Virus record (IMG/VR): IMGVR_UViG_3300036979_001044
Coordinates: 32,811 to 96,810 of that record
DNA: 64,000 bases
Strand: one strand, 5' to 3'
From: a virus
Shown here: positions 1 to 9,476 of the stretch, piece after piece
Layout: each line of letters starts with the position of its first letter
How positions within the stretch are numbered: the stretch's first letter is position 1
Position numbers and translations under genes: made by a program
The notes under the pieces: generated by a model
Database searches by the model: none
What the model was told of the DNA's origin: nothing
The model's input: only the letters and a program-made list of their open reading frames with translations

Positions 1-1194
1 GAAGTCCCAGTTGGCCGGAACCAACACGTCGGTGCTGTCTCCCTCGCCCAGTCGAAGGGTTTGGTTGAAGGTGGCCCGCACCCTATCTTTGGCCGTGGCT
101 ACGCAGGCGGTGAGTTGTGCTCGATCCAACTCCTGGGTGATGGAGTTGGTCTGCACCGCAACTGAATAGGTATGGTATGTGTCGTAGGAAAATATCGAAT
201 AGTAGTACAGCTCGGCTGGATCGAGATCGCTATCGAGGAATCCTTCATCCGTTCCCTGATACGCCAGATCACCTGATCCTGGAGAACCCGGGTAACCAAT
301 TTTGGAACGACGAACGATGACACTCACGAATTCTGGATTGACCGGATTGTCCCAGGAAAGAGTGATCTGCTTCTGGGCTGGCCCGGGAATCGCCACGAAA
401 TTGGTCACCGGCTCAAAGGTAGCGCTTAGCTCCATCTGCGCTAGGTTCTGGAAATCTTCTAACGCGCTCGCGCCGGTAAGCACAAGCGACTCCGCAAGTA
501 CCTCTTCGTACCGTAACGGATAACCGGTGTGGTAGAGATCGAGAACTTCAGCTGGCGTCCAGGCACGAGCGGAAATAGCGACCTCGTCCTGCCGACCATT
601 CAACTGATCTGCTCTACCAGTCCAAGGTGTAGCCCCGTCCGCCCTTGCTCCGATCACGCAAGGATAGGCCTTTGAGTGAATTGCCCCAGCACCGGCCACT
701 ACCTTGTTCAAGTACCCATTGAGGTAGATCCTCGCGTCGATGCCATCGTAGACGCACGCGACATGGTACCAAGTAGAAACAGCTAGCACTGAAGCCGAGA
801 GCAAAGTGACGCCAGTGCTGTCTGACAGTCCAACCTCAAACCGGATCTTCCGTGCGCTATCTATCGCCGCTGCCCACTGTAGATCTGCCCAGGTTGAGAA
901 CGCTGTTTGTTTGGTAATGATCGAGTACAGTCCAGAAGGGGTGCCTGCCAGGTACACCCAAGTCGAGATAGAAAGTACCGTTGGGTTGAAAAGCGCATCG
1001 GTTCCCAGGTTGATATACTGGGAAGACCCGTTGGTCTGAACTCCCTGTCTCAGTAGCGCCGTGGGCCAGGTGGGTGTTCCAATAGCGGTACCATGTAAAA
1101 GATTGGTGTGCGCGTCGTTGGCGTTGCCGTCCAACTTGTAATAAGCAATCAATCCATCGAGCAAGGTCAGATGTGTTTTGATCGAATTGCCCAT
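1..1194 (-). CDS. LamG/concanavalin A-like plus FN3-like domain virion protein (3' truncated by window edge)
   Basis: Missing from the ORF track because there is no stop in the window. My translation from ATG at 1194 gives MGNSIKTHLTLLDGLIAYYKLDGNANDAHTN...WYHVACVYDG...YLNG...QITLSWDNP...YYYSIFSYD, open to base 1. Paralog of 1196..2182. Confidence 0.8.
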   Translation of the reverse strand, partial: MGNSIKTHLTLLDGLIAYYKLDGNANDAHTNLLHGTAIGTPTWPTALLRQGVQTNGSSQYINLGTDALFNPTVLSISTWVYLAGTPSGLYSIITKQTAFSTWADLQWAAAIDSARKIRFEVGLSDSTGVTLLSASVLAVSTWYHVACVYDGIDARIYLNGYLNKVVAGAGAIHSKAYPCVIGARADGATPWTGRADQLNGRQDEVAISARAWTPAEVLDLYHTGYPLRYEEVLAESLVLTGASALEDFQNLAQMELSATFEPVTNFVAIPGPAQKQITLSWDNPVNPEFVSVIVRRSKIGYPGSPGSGDLAYQGTDEGFLDSDLDPAELYYYSIFSYDTYHTYSVAVQTNSITQELDRAQLTACVATAKDRVRATFNQTLRLGEGDSTDVLVPANWDF

Positions 1195-2176
1195 ATCAAC
1201 CTCTCTTGCCCTTACGATGGAATCCACTACCGACCCCTGCTTCGCGGGGCCAGATAGGGTGTGGTTGATGGGTCAGTTCATTAACATCGGGGTTGGTCCT
1301 AAGCAACGACGGGAACGCCAGCACTCCAGCAGTATCATCGAGCGTTCTTGCGAGGGCAAAGGACCAACTTGTTTTGTCAATTGCATATTGACTTGGATGC
1401 GGATTGCGGATCAACGCCCGCACCTCTGAACTTGCTCCTTGAACGGGTTGAGGTAGGTTGATGATCGATGCGCCTTGCAGGGAGTCTACATATTGCTCCT
1501 CATAGCGGAGCGGATATCCGGTGTGGAACAGGTCGATCACTTCGGCCACTGTCCAAGCACGACCTGCAATGGCAACCTCGTCCATCCTCCCATTCAGATA
1601 GCTTGCCCTGCCAGTCCAAGGGGTAGATCCATTTGCTCGCGCACCGATAACGCAGGGATAGGTCTTCGAGTGAATGGTGCCAGCACCGGTCGCAGTGTTA
1701 TTCAAATAGCCGTTTAGATATACTCTCGCATCCGTGCCGTCGTAGACACACGCGACATGATACCAGGTAGAAAGAGTCAGCGCCGAAGCAGAAAGAACCG
1801 TTACACCCGTGCTGTCTGATAGCCCCACCTCGAACCGGATCTTCCGTGCGCTATCCACCTCAGCCGTCCACTGAAGGTCTGCCCAAGTGGAGAATGCCGT
1901 GCGCTTGGTCACAAGCGAAAAGACGCCACTAGGTGTTGCCGCCAGATATACCCAAGCCGAGATAGAAATCGCCGTTGGGCTGAAGAGAGCATCAGTTCCC
2001 AGATCGATGTACTGGGAAGATCCGTTGGCCTGAAATCCCGTCTTGAGCATGGCCGTGGGCCAGGTCGGAGTGCCTATCGCTGTTCCATTGAGGACGTTGG
2101 TGTGCGAATCGTTCGCGTTCCCATCCAGCTTGTAGTAGGCCAGCAAACCACTCAGCAAGGTCGGGTGCGTTTTGAT
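503..2176. repeat. Diverged tandem duplication of a ~0.68 kb LamG-coding unit (~503-1178 and ~1496-2176)
   Basis: Shared DNA blocks such as cgtagac.cacgcgacatg.tacca.gtagaaa, aaccggatcttccgtgcgctat and gccgtgggccaggt. Boundaries are approximate. Confidence 0.8.
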
Positions 2177-2182
2177 GTCCAT
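1196..2182 (-). CDS. LamG/concanavalin A-like domain virion protein
   Basis: LamG motifs LLAYYKLDG, ISAWV, WYHVACVYDG, VYLNG, GRMDEVAI. Confidence 0.85.
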   Translation of the reverse strand: MDIKTHPTLLSGLLAYYKLDGNANDSHTNVLNGTAIGTPTWPTAMLKTGFQANGSSQYIDLGTDALFSPTAISISAWVYLAATPSGVFSLVTKRTAFSTWADLQWTAEVDSARKIRFEVGLSDSTGVTVLSASALTLSTWYHVACVYDGTDARVYLNGYLNNTATGAGTIHSKTYPCVIGARANGSTPWTGRASYLNGRMDEVAIAGRAWTVAEVIDLFHTGYPLRYEEQYVDSLQGASIINLPQPVQGASSEVRALIRNPHPSQYAIDKTSWSFALARTLDDTAGVLAFPSLLRTNPDVNELTHQPHPIWPREAGVGSGFHRKGKRG

Positions 2183-2214
2183 TGTTTCAGCGCCTTTCTA
2201 GCAACCATCCAACG

Positions 2215-4098
2215 TCAATCGGTCTCAGGCCCCATCGCCACCCATTGTCCGCTGTCGGTGCAGTAGAACAGGCGGAAGGTTTGGTAGACTCCTTGAAAGC
2301 GGACCTTGATGGTATCCTCGTTGACTGCGTTCCAGACGTTGGAAACTGAGCGGACGTGCGGGATGTAGCCAGGTCGCTTTTGATGGTCCTGCCCCATGCC
2401 TCTGTAGTCTGAGTCGCTATAGGTCTTCATGCGCCATGGAACAAGGAACAGTGCGCCCGTGGCTGCTTCTGGATGCAGGTCAACGCAGTTGAGGAAGTCA
2501 GTTTGTTTGTCGGAGACAACCCACTGGGCGTATTGAAAGTCGGCTTGCCATGGTTTGACGGACCCAAGTGGCTGGAAGCTGCTTACACCTGCGGAGCAGC
2601 GCCACTTGATGCGGTGGACCGGCATGAAGGGGGAGATGAAGACTCTGTCGTTGCGGGCTGAGTGCCACACGGTGGCGTTTCCGTACCCTACGCCCCCAAA
2701 TTGAACCGACTCCTCTCCACCAGAGGCGCCCTGTTGCGGTCCGACGTGGCATCGGATGGCCTCTCCGATTAAGGCGCCGGCCATGTAAGAGTAAGCTGTG
2801 CCGAAGTGAAGAGTCAGGACGTTGGTGACTTCGTTGACGTCTGTCACTAGCACGGGCTCGAAGATCGCCTCATCTGCGTCCAGTTGAGGCCAGGAGTTGG
2901 ACCCCCCTCCACCCGGGGCGCCCTGGTAGGTGTTGCTGACTTGGTTGCGGTTATTGTGCCAATCGGTACCCGGGTTGCAGGAGAGCAGCATGTACCGCCC
3001 ACCCTTGGTGAACAGGTTGGCGTCTGCTACTTTGATCTGTGTGGCTCCAGCGGCTATGTTGCCGTCTCCCGTTGAGGTGGCGGTAGTCATGTCTGTGCTG
3101 CCGAAGGGGGTGTAAAGGCCGACGTAGTTGACTAGGTAGTTGTTGTTGCCCATCATGCAGATGATGGCTACACCGTCTTTGGAGCCATAGAACCAGCAGT
3201 CTCTTGGCGAGGAGATCAGGTTGTAGCGCAGGCCTGGACATCTGCGGTTGGATACCCCGGCAAGGGTCTGGTGTCTGCTGGCCTGCGGGTGCATGGCGGG
3301 GGAGAGGATTTGGATGTGCTGCGCTCCAGGTGAGGTGAAGAAGGGTGTGTAGGAGGTAAGGCGTAGTTTGCCGGTTGTCTCGACTGTTTGCCCGGTAATC
3401 CAGCGCATCTTGCCGTCTGCTGTCTTCAGCAGGGAGCAGTAGTTGAGTTTGTTGTCGTCGTAGGTGGTGTTGAGGTCGCTGGAGTCCATCACGATGTCGT
3501 CGGTGCAGGCTGTGTCTCCAAGGGACCAGAGTACGGTGCCCGTGCTTGACATGAGCGGGTTGACCAGCTCTCTCAGGCCTGAGATGGTCGTTGTGGGGTA
3601 GCTGTTGGTGATGCGGACAGCTACGTCCTTTACGTCGTGTACGGCGGCGGTGGTGCCGTACATGCCTCTAACGCATGAGGTGAGCGTTGTGCCTATGACC
3701 CCTACCTGGATCAGCTCGTCGCCTATTTGGATGATTTCTCCGTTGGCCAGGTTGGGGATGGCGGCTTTGAGCGTGATTGAGGTGTCGGTTGCCAGGATGC
3801 CGGCGGCCAGGTAGGCAAGGTCTGGGCACCACCCTTGTGGTGACTGGATGCTCATGGTGCCAAGGTGGAGGGGGATGTTCTGGTTGCCGTCCTCCCCGTT
3901 GGACTTCAGGAACCAGCCCAGTATGTGGGCGTGTTTGTCGTCTTGGGCGATTCTGAGGGAGTCATCCCCACCGGGACCGTCGCGTGTCGGACTTGCTGGA
4001 TCGTGAATCCAGCCGCAGTCGGTGACGAGAAAATCTTTCAGCTTCTTTGCGAAATCAGCTGTCGAGTTGCACAGGACATGCTTGCCCTTGAAGGCCAT
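2215..4098 (-). CDS. Putative tail fibre / receptor-binding virion protein
   Basis: 627 aa downstream of the baseplate genes. Contains the beta-rich unit TSITL...GEIIQIGDELI...CVRGMYGTTAAVH common in virion appendage proteins. Confidence 0.55.
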   Translation of the reverse strand: MAFKGKHVLCNSTADFAKKLKDFLVTDCGWIHDPASPTRDGPGGDDSLRIAQDDKHAHILGWFLKSNGEDGNQNIPLHLGTMSIQSPQGWCPDLAYLAAGILATDTSITLKAAIPNLANGEIIQIGDELIQVGVIGTTLTSCVRGMYGTTAAVHDVKDVAVRITNSYPTTTISGLRELVNPLMSSTGTVLWSLGDTACTDDIVMDSSDLNTTYDDNKLNYCSLLKTADGKMRWITGQTVETTGKLRLTSYTPFFTSPGAQHIQILSPAMHPQASRHQTLAGVSNRRCPGLRYNLISSPRDCWFYGSKDGVAIICMMGNNNYLVNYVGLYTPFGSTDMTTATSTGDGNIAAGATQIKVADANLFTKGGRYMLLSCNPGTDWHNNRNQVSNTYQGAPGGGGSNSWPQLDADEAIFEPVLVTDVNEVTNVLTLHFGTAYSYMAGALIGEAIRCHVGPQQGASGGEESVQFGGVGYGNATVWHSARNDRVFISPFMPVHRIKWRCSAGVSSFQPLGSVKPWQADFQYAQWVVSDKQTDFLNCVDLHPEAATGALFLVPWRMKTYSDSDYRGMGQDHQKRPGYIPHVRSVSNVWNAVNEDTIKVRFQGVYQTFRLFYCTDSGQWVAMGPETD

Positions 4099-4101
4099 GG
4101 C

Positions 4102-4338
4102 TCACTCCTCCACGGATGCAATATGGTCGTTGATTTGGGTAATGATGTCGAAGAGAAGTTCTCCATCGACGTTCTCGACTTGAAGTGGCTTGGCCAGCAT
4201 CTCCGCCGTGAGCGGAATCGAAAAAACGGTAGTTCCCTTGGAAGTCTCCAAGCTCGCATTGACGTGCGAAAGTCGCTCGGGAGGCGCAGTCGTAATTCTG
4301 GGAAGATTGAGAGTGATGGAGTGAATTTGGATTGGCAT
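4102..4338 (-). CDS. Hypothetical protein
   Basis: 78 aa ORF tightly packed in the minus-strand operon. Confidence 0.55.
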   Translation of the reverse strand: MPIQIHSITLNLPRITTAPPERLSHVNASLETSKGTTVFSIPLTAEMLAKPLQVENVDGELLFDIITQINDHIASVEE

Positions 4339-4401
4339 GCCCTGGTCCTTTCAAAAAATTTACTTTACCCAATTCAATATGGCCGACACGAATTCCCTTT
4401 C

Positions 4402-4821
4402 TCAACCAACAGATTTTTCTAGATCAACATCTCGGGCTCCGGTCAGATAATGCAACGGCAAAACTTTGCGCATCAAATAGGTCGCATCGGCGTACAGTCG
4501 TGGCCAGACATTAATCGACTCCATTAGCAGTTCCTGCTCCAGCGTCTCCAGATCGCTCACCACCAAAGAATAGGGAGTCCCAGAACCAGCCGAAGGGCGC
4601 AGATAAGGTGAATATGCTCGAATGATGCCCGCAGTAAAAGGGTAAAGGATATTTGTGCTACCCGGAATCCCGCTGTAGAGGGCTGGATCAAATGGCATCA
4701 TAGTATTCCCGATCCGAGCCCGGTAGCGGTGGTTGATCACAAACGTGCCGTAGACCTCCACCAGCACCCCTCCAGCTCCGGATAGGTTTGGATGAGAGAA
4801 TCCAGTCAACGTAAGTGCCAT
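4402..4821 (-). CDS. Baseplate-associated hypothetical protein (Ig/IPT-like)
   Basis: 139 aa directly after baseplate J, with a GGAG RBS. N-terminus LTGFSHP...GGVLVEVYGTF resembles an IPT/TIG strand. Confidence 0.6.
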   Translation of the reverse strand: MALTLTGFSHPNLSGAGGVLVEVYGTFVINHRYRARIGNTMMPFDPALYSGIPGSTNILYPFTAGIIRAYSPYLRPSAGSGTPYSLVVSDLETLEQELLMESINVWPRLYADATYLMRKVLPLHYLTGARDVDLEKSVG

Positions 4822-4830
4822 ATCCGTCTC

Positions 4831-6243
4831 CTAGCTAATCACGATGTTTTCATCCGTAGTCCGTGCGATCTGATCGTCAAGCAGGATGATGTCAGTGCTG
4901 GGTGTTACCAGGTTCACGTTGTAGACCCCAGCAACGCTCATCACCTTCTTGATCAACATCGCCCGCAGCACGTCCCCGGAAATGCCCAGTGTATTGATGT
5001 AGTCGCGGATAGCGGTCTTGATTGTCGCACGTACCTCCGCATTATCGTAACCGTCAAGCACGGTAATGATTGCGTTTACCGTCTGGATAAGGACCTGGGG
5101 AGTTGTCACAATCACTAGCACTCCAGCTGCCCGGTACCCTGGATAATTCACGCGATCCGCGGCAACCCCGTCAATGATCTTCTGGGCCAACGCAATCAAC
5201 CCAGTGTACCGGGTATAATTCGCCGTGATGATCTCGCCAGTGACCAATGCTGGGTAAAAGACGATCTGACCCGAAGCAGGATTCAGCCAGAAATCTACCC
5301 CTCGATCCAGCATCCCACGATTGTTGCTCTCCAAAGTGAAAGTCACCGTCCCTTTGATTGCTATGTAGTTCAGGTTCAGCCGTGTTTCACCCCCAACCGC
5401 TGATCCGGCTGGAGGGCCAGAGAGCCCCTCGGTCACAATCTCGTCGACCACTTCCGCGGTAGACTCCGCCGCCCCAGTACCGTCGTCGATATAGACGGTA
5501 ACGAGCCCCGGATTCACGATGTCCTCTACCGCCTTTATGAACATGATGGTTGCGCCGGTATCCAGATCGACTGCCCCGCGCACCGCCTCTTCAATGGCTT
5601 CGATGGTCGAACGCCCCAGCGAAGAAACAAATCGCTTGATCCGATTTCGGAAACTGTCGTCGGTTTCCTTATCCGATCCCCAGGAGAAGGAGCTTGGGTT
5701 GGTGACACTGTCGACTCCCGCCGGGCGGGACACAAAGCGGATGATGGTCGAAGCTACCACGTTTCCAGAAATTCCAGGAAGCACCGCCTGGGTGGCGATC
5801 TGCCCGCTATCCTTCCCGACCCCATGCCCGCTGATCTGTTCTGGACTGGTGGGGGTGATGGTTCCAGAAACTGTGGTGATGAACTCAGTTCCTACCGATG
5901 TGCGAACCTTGGTCCCAAGCGGGATGGTCACCGTTCCGACCGTCGTATTTCTGGAAAATACCAAGAGCCCAGTCGACTTTGCCGCCGCATTTCTGGAAAT
6001 GAGTCCGGGTTGGATCTCTCGCGACCGCTCGTCCAGGTCCTCCCCAGTCGCGGTGTCGATGGAGAACACCTGGCGCAGCAGGTACATCTGGTAGGAGATC
6101 TCATCGAGCTGGCGCGCAGTAGCGGCAATGATGTGCTTGACGACCGAGGTGTCGGAGATATCCGAGAGTTTGGTGCGGGTGACTATCTTTGCAATCATCT
6201 GAGCCAGAAACTGCTCATAGCGCTTGGTGGTGAAAACCGGCAT
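4831..6243 (-). CDS. Baseplate J-like wedge protein
   Basis: IDTATGEDLD, TIPLGTKV, GISGNV, GSDKETDDSFRNRI and YRAAGV are typical baseplate J motifs. Confidence 0.92.
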   Translation of the reverse strand: MPVFTTKRYEQFLAQMIAKIVTRTKLSDISDTSVVKHIIAATARQLDEISYQMYLLRQVFSIDTATGEDLDERSREIQPGLISRNAAAKSTGLLVFSRNTTVGTVTIPLGTKVRTSVGTEFITTVSGTITPTSPEQISGHGVGKDSGQIATQAVLPGISGNVVASTIIRFVSRPAGVDSVTNPSSFSWGSDKETDDSFRNRIKRFVSSLGRSTIEAIEEAVRGAVDLDTGATIMFIKAVEDIVNPGLVTVYIDDGTGAAESTAEVVDEIVTEGLSGPPAGSAVGGETRLNLNYIAIKGTVTFTLESNNRGMLDRGVDFWLNPASGQIVFYPALVTGEIITANYTRYTGLIALAQKIIDGVAADRVNYPGYRAAGVLVIVTTPQVLIQTVNAIITVLDGYDNAEVRATIKTAIRDYINTLGISGDVLRAMLIKKVMSVAGVYNVNLVTPSTDIILLDDQIARTTDENIVIS

Positions 6244-6254
6244 CGCTCTCTCCT

Positions 6255-8243
6255 TTAGACCGCAGCCTTCAGCATGAATATATCCGCAGATCCACGTACC
6301 GCCACCGTAAGGTCGGCGGACAAGGTATCGTCGGTTTGATCGAACGTTACATCCTCTATGGAACTGATCCGTGGATCAGCCCGTATCGCTTCGACGATCC
6401 GAAATCGAGCCAACTCGATATCGACTTCCGTGAATCCGAGTCCGACCACTCTCTGGAGTCCGACGTTCTTGTACAACGTATCAGTGCCTTTGTCGGTTAC
6501 CAAGCGTTGGAGTACAGCCTGCGTGATGTTGGCCTTGCCCTCAACGATCTTGGCGTCAACCGAACCCATCTCGGTGTTTACGGGGATATCGTAGCGCGCT
6601 CCATGTTCCCCGGTATAGCCTACCGCTACCTCCAGAGCCAGGTCTACCCCCAGGAGTTGATTCTCAGCTGGTTCGTCGAGTTGTACCCCAGCGACTGGAA
6701 GAATCGGAAGATCCAGGGTGGAGACCTGATTCGAGGGAATGAGAATCTTGGACCCGATCCCGAGCGCCTGGGGAAAGGGGCTGCTGTCCGCGCCACTAGC
6801 TGTTCCAGAAATACGGCTTCCCACCAGCGGGGCCGATGCCTGATCGTTGATGAAGGGCGGTTGCAGCCCATTCATCGTGGCAATGTGCTGCCAGAGCCGT
6901 GCATCCCCCAGGTGCTGGGCAGACAGCGACATGAGCGTGTCCCCCTGCCCGATGATCACCTGTTTGGCCGAGCGAAATTTGAATACCTGGCCGCCATTGA
7001 CAATCTCGCCGTCGATGGCGATTTCCTCCCCGGGAGTGAGCTTGCTGCCCCAGTTGCGCAGATCGGAGAAAGTCGAAGGCGCCGTCGACTGCCGCGCCTC
7101 CTCCCGGCGGTCCGCACTCACCCGACGGCGCATCTCCTGATAGCTGCGGATATCGTCCATGACCTTGTCGTGGCCGCGCTCCCACTTCGCGGGCGCAGTG
7201 CCCAGCCGCTCCAACCCATCTTGCACCTGGCGGAGCTTCTGCCGAGGGATCTCGGGAAAATCGAGAGTCGCATTGGTAGCATCCCGAAGATCTTTCGCGG
7301 AGCTTTCGATGGCCAGCGCGTTCTCCAGCATCTCGATAGTGGTTTCCAGAAAAGCGTAAGGGGCCTGGATGAGCGCGGTAGCTCCGTCCAGAAAATCCTT
7401 GGTCGCCTCCATGATGGTGTTGACGTTGTCCAGAATGGTGTTGATGTTGGCGATGAACAGCCGCACCTCATTGATCATCGAGGTCAGATCGTTTATCGCC
7501 CCCTGCACCCAGCTCACCGCTGATTGAATCCAAGCCATGATGTCCTTGAGCTTGTCGTAGAGGCTCTGGTCTTCGGAGAAGTCCGCCTTGGCGTCGGTGG
7601 CCGGGCCTACAGCGAGCAGCTCGATGTCGTAGCGGTAGAGCAGCGGCTGGCCGGAATCGCGGGTGAGCGTGAATCTCTGGGGCACTACTTCCCAATCCTC
7701 TTGGTCCCGCGGGTTGTGGAAAAAAAGTTTGGTGTCGGCGGAGGTCTCCGGGTTCTTCTTCAAATCTGCGTAGGTCCGGAAGACCGAATCCTGGAGGTAC
7801 TGGAAGTGGCGCTGTCCAGAAAGAGCGCCTATCCAGGTTTTTTGAAGCTCGCGAGAGTAGCTCCGGTCGGGAAGTTTCATCGAAGGGACCACGGTCTTCT
7901 TCAGCGGTAGGGTCCTCGGCCTCCAGCCGGTGTGCCCGGAGATCCGGATGGTGCGCTGGACGATGCCGTTCTCTTCGACATAAAGCCCGCCCCCTTGAGT
8001 CGGGGTCACCTCGACGGTAAAGGGTTCCTCCATGCTGTAGCTCTGCGGGGGCAGAACCAGGGGAAAAATGAAAACGGTATCCCCGGCGTTCATGGCCGTA
8101 GCGACCTTCGCAGGGATTCGAAGTTCGAAGTAGTAGAGGAGTTTCTTGATGAAGAAGTCGTCTTTGTTCTGGATCTGCCGGGTCATCTCCTTGAAGACCG
8201 CGATCGCTCCCCCCGCAGCCGCAGGAATATTAGGCAGTGCCAT
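6255..8243 (-). CDS. Fused baseplate protein: tube-initiator-like, LysM and gp25-like domains
   Basis: N-terminal PQSYSMEEP...TPTQGG...ISGHTG; central LysM GQGDTLMSLSAQHLGDARLWQHIATMNGL; C-terminal NITQAV..RL.T.KG...DPRISSI (gp25-like). Confidence 0.75.
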   Translation of the reverse strand: MALPNIPAAAGGAIAVFKEMTRQIQNKDDFFIKKLLYYFELRIPAKVATAMNAGDTVFIFPLVLPPQSYSMEEPFTVEVTPTQGGGLYVEENGIVQRTIRISGHTGWRPRTLPLKKTVVPSMKLPDRSYSRELQKTWIGALSGQRHFQYLQDSVFRTYADLKKNPETSADTKLFFHNPRDQEDWEVVPQRFTLTRDSGQPLLYRYDIELLAVGPATDAKADFSEDQSLYDKLKDIMAWIQSAVSWVQGAINDLTSMINEVRLFIANINTILDNVNTIMEATKDFLDGATALIQAPYAFLETTIEMLENALAIESSAKDLRDATNATLDFPEIPRQKLRQVQDGLERLGTAPAKWERGHDKVMDDIRSYQEMRRRVSADRREEARQSTAPSTFSDLRNWGSKLTPGEEIAIDGEIVNGGQVFKFRSAKQVIIGQGDTLMSLSAQHLGDARLWQHIATMNGLQPPFINDQASAPLVGSRISGTASGADSSPFPQALGIGSKILIPSNQVSTLDLPILPVAGVQLDEPAENQLLGVDLALEVAVGYTGEHGARYDIPVNTEMGSVDAKIVEGKANITQAVLQRLVTDKGTDTLYKNVGLQRVVGLGFTEVDIELARFRIVEAIRADPRISSIEDVTFDQTDDTLSADLTVAVRGSADIFMLKAAV

Positions 8244-8269
8244 GGCGCCTCCTCATGATGCCCGTCGAC

Positions 8270-8303
8270 CCCCTGGTGCTGCCGTGGACAACAGCACCAG
8301 GGG
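8270..8303. other. Perfect 12-bp inverted repeat (hairpin) in the 5' leader of 6255..8243
   Basis: CCCCTGGTGCTG-N10-CAGCACCAGGGG, with no U tract. Confidence 0.7.
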
Positions 8304-8364
8304 ATCGAACACTCAAAATCGCGGGAGACTCGGCTGGCAATAGCCGATGACCAAAGGCCACTCC

Positions 8365-8392
8365 AGTATACCGCCCGCAATGAAGGTGTAAA
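8365..8392 (-). promoter_or_regulatory. Putative sigma70-like promoter
   Basis: Minus strand TTTACA-N16-TATACT in the intergenic gap 8244-8412. Confidence 0.55.
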
Positions 8393-8412
8393 GATCCCAT
8401 CCGCGCACTCTC

Positions 8413-9465
8413 CTAACCATCTGGAAAGAGTAACTTACTGGACTCGATGCCGCTATCCCAGGCCGGGGCACCCACTGGAACCGACGGCGGAGCAGTCGGC
8501 CCGCTGTGGGTGTGCAAGTCGGCCGCATCCAGTTTTGTTTTCAATGAGTTATAGAGGGTCTTGAGGTGCCCAGCGATGGCCGCCTTCACCGCTCCGTTGC
8601 CCAGGGTGAGCTTCGCCGTGGCAGCTTTTCCCTCTACCAGCAGCTCGGTCTCTTCCGCCAGGGTCACCTTGAATCCCGTTTTCTGGAACGATAACCTAGC
8701 GATTTCCGTAGGGGTATCCGGAGCCGCCATGTCGTAGATGACCACCTGGAGCTTGGCCTCCTTGGGTAGGTTCAGGGTCTGGTTCCCCTTGGCCGCATCC
8801 GTCGGGTAGAGCTTCTCCTGGCCGGTGCTCTCCAGCTTTCCATCGTTCCCCCGGCGGGTATCGATCAGGAAGTTCCCCAGCCCGTCCACTCCCCAGTGCA
8901 CCCCGTTGTGCCGGCGGAGGTCGGGGTTCCCGTCGGCGACCTTCAGCCCCATCCGCACCCCGAGGTCCCCTTGCGCTCGGCCCAAATCCAGAACTGGGTG
9001 GGGCAGAGAACCCAGAATGATGGGCATCTCCGGGGAATCATTCATGAATCCTATGAGTACATGGTCTCCATCGACGTAGGCAGGATCGGACTTCGAGGAC
9101 AGCTCTTGGTTGATGTCCATGGTCGTGGCCCGTGGAATCCAGATCCTTCCCGCATGAATCCCAGTCCCCCCTTCCTGGAGAACCATCACGTTCTTGAGCC
9201 CATGCCAGCGTTCTCCAGGGATCGAAGGGTAGACCAGCACGTCGCAGTAGACCCCCACCGGAGTGGCAGCCTTGGTACCGCTCTGTAGGGCCCCTTCTGG
9301 GCCATAGGGATGCTGGGGGGCATCCTGGGTATAGCTCGCGACCACCACGCCCCGCAGGAGCAGCCCGTTTGCTCGGAGCGAGGGTCCAGCGCTCTTGGGC
9401 GTAGCCGACTGGAGGAGGGTGCCCGCGCGGGTGCGATGGGGCCGGAAGTTTTCGTCTACGCTCAT
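8413..9465 (-). CDS. Baseplate spike protein (gpV/gp5-like)
   Basis: OB-fold-like GDHVLIGFMNDSPEMPIILGSL and a C-terminal HTH(SG) metal-binding tip motif. Located after the hub gene. Confidence 0.75.
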   Translation of the reverse strand: MSVDENFRPHRTRAGTLLQSATPKSAGPSLRANGLLLRGVVVASYTQDAPQHPYGPEGALQSGTKAATPVGVYCDVLVYPSIPGERWHGLKNVMVLQEGGTGIHAGRIWIPRATTMDINQELSSKSDPAYVDGDHVLIGFMNDSPEMPIILGSLPHPVLDLGRAQGDLGVRMGLKVADGNPDLRRHNGVHWGVDGLGNFLIDTRRGNDGKLESTGQEKLYPTDAAKGNQTLNLPKEAKLQVVIYDMAAPDTPTEIARLSFQKTGFKVTLAEETELLVEGKAATAKLTLGNGAVKAAIAGHLKTLYNSLKTKLDAADLHTHSGPTAPPSVPVGAPAWDSGIESSKLLFPDG

Positions 9466-9476
9466 CGGTCCCTCAC

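Noticed and set aside
1-2182. Diversity-generating retroelement (TR/VR pair) suggested by the LamG duplication
   Set aside because: Both copies are long coding regions, mismatches are not confined to adenines, and no reverse transcriptase is present in the window.
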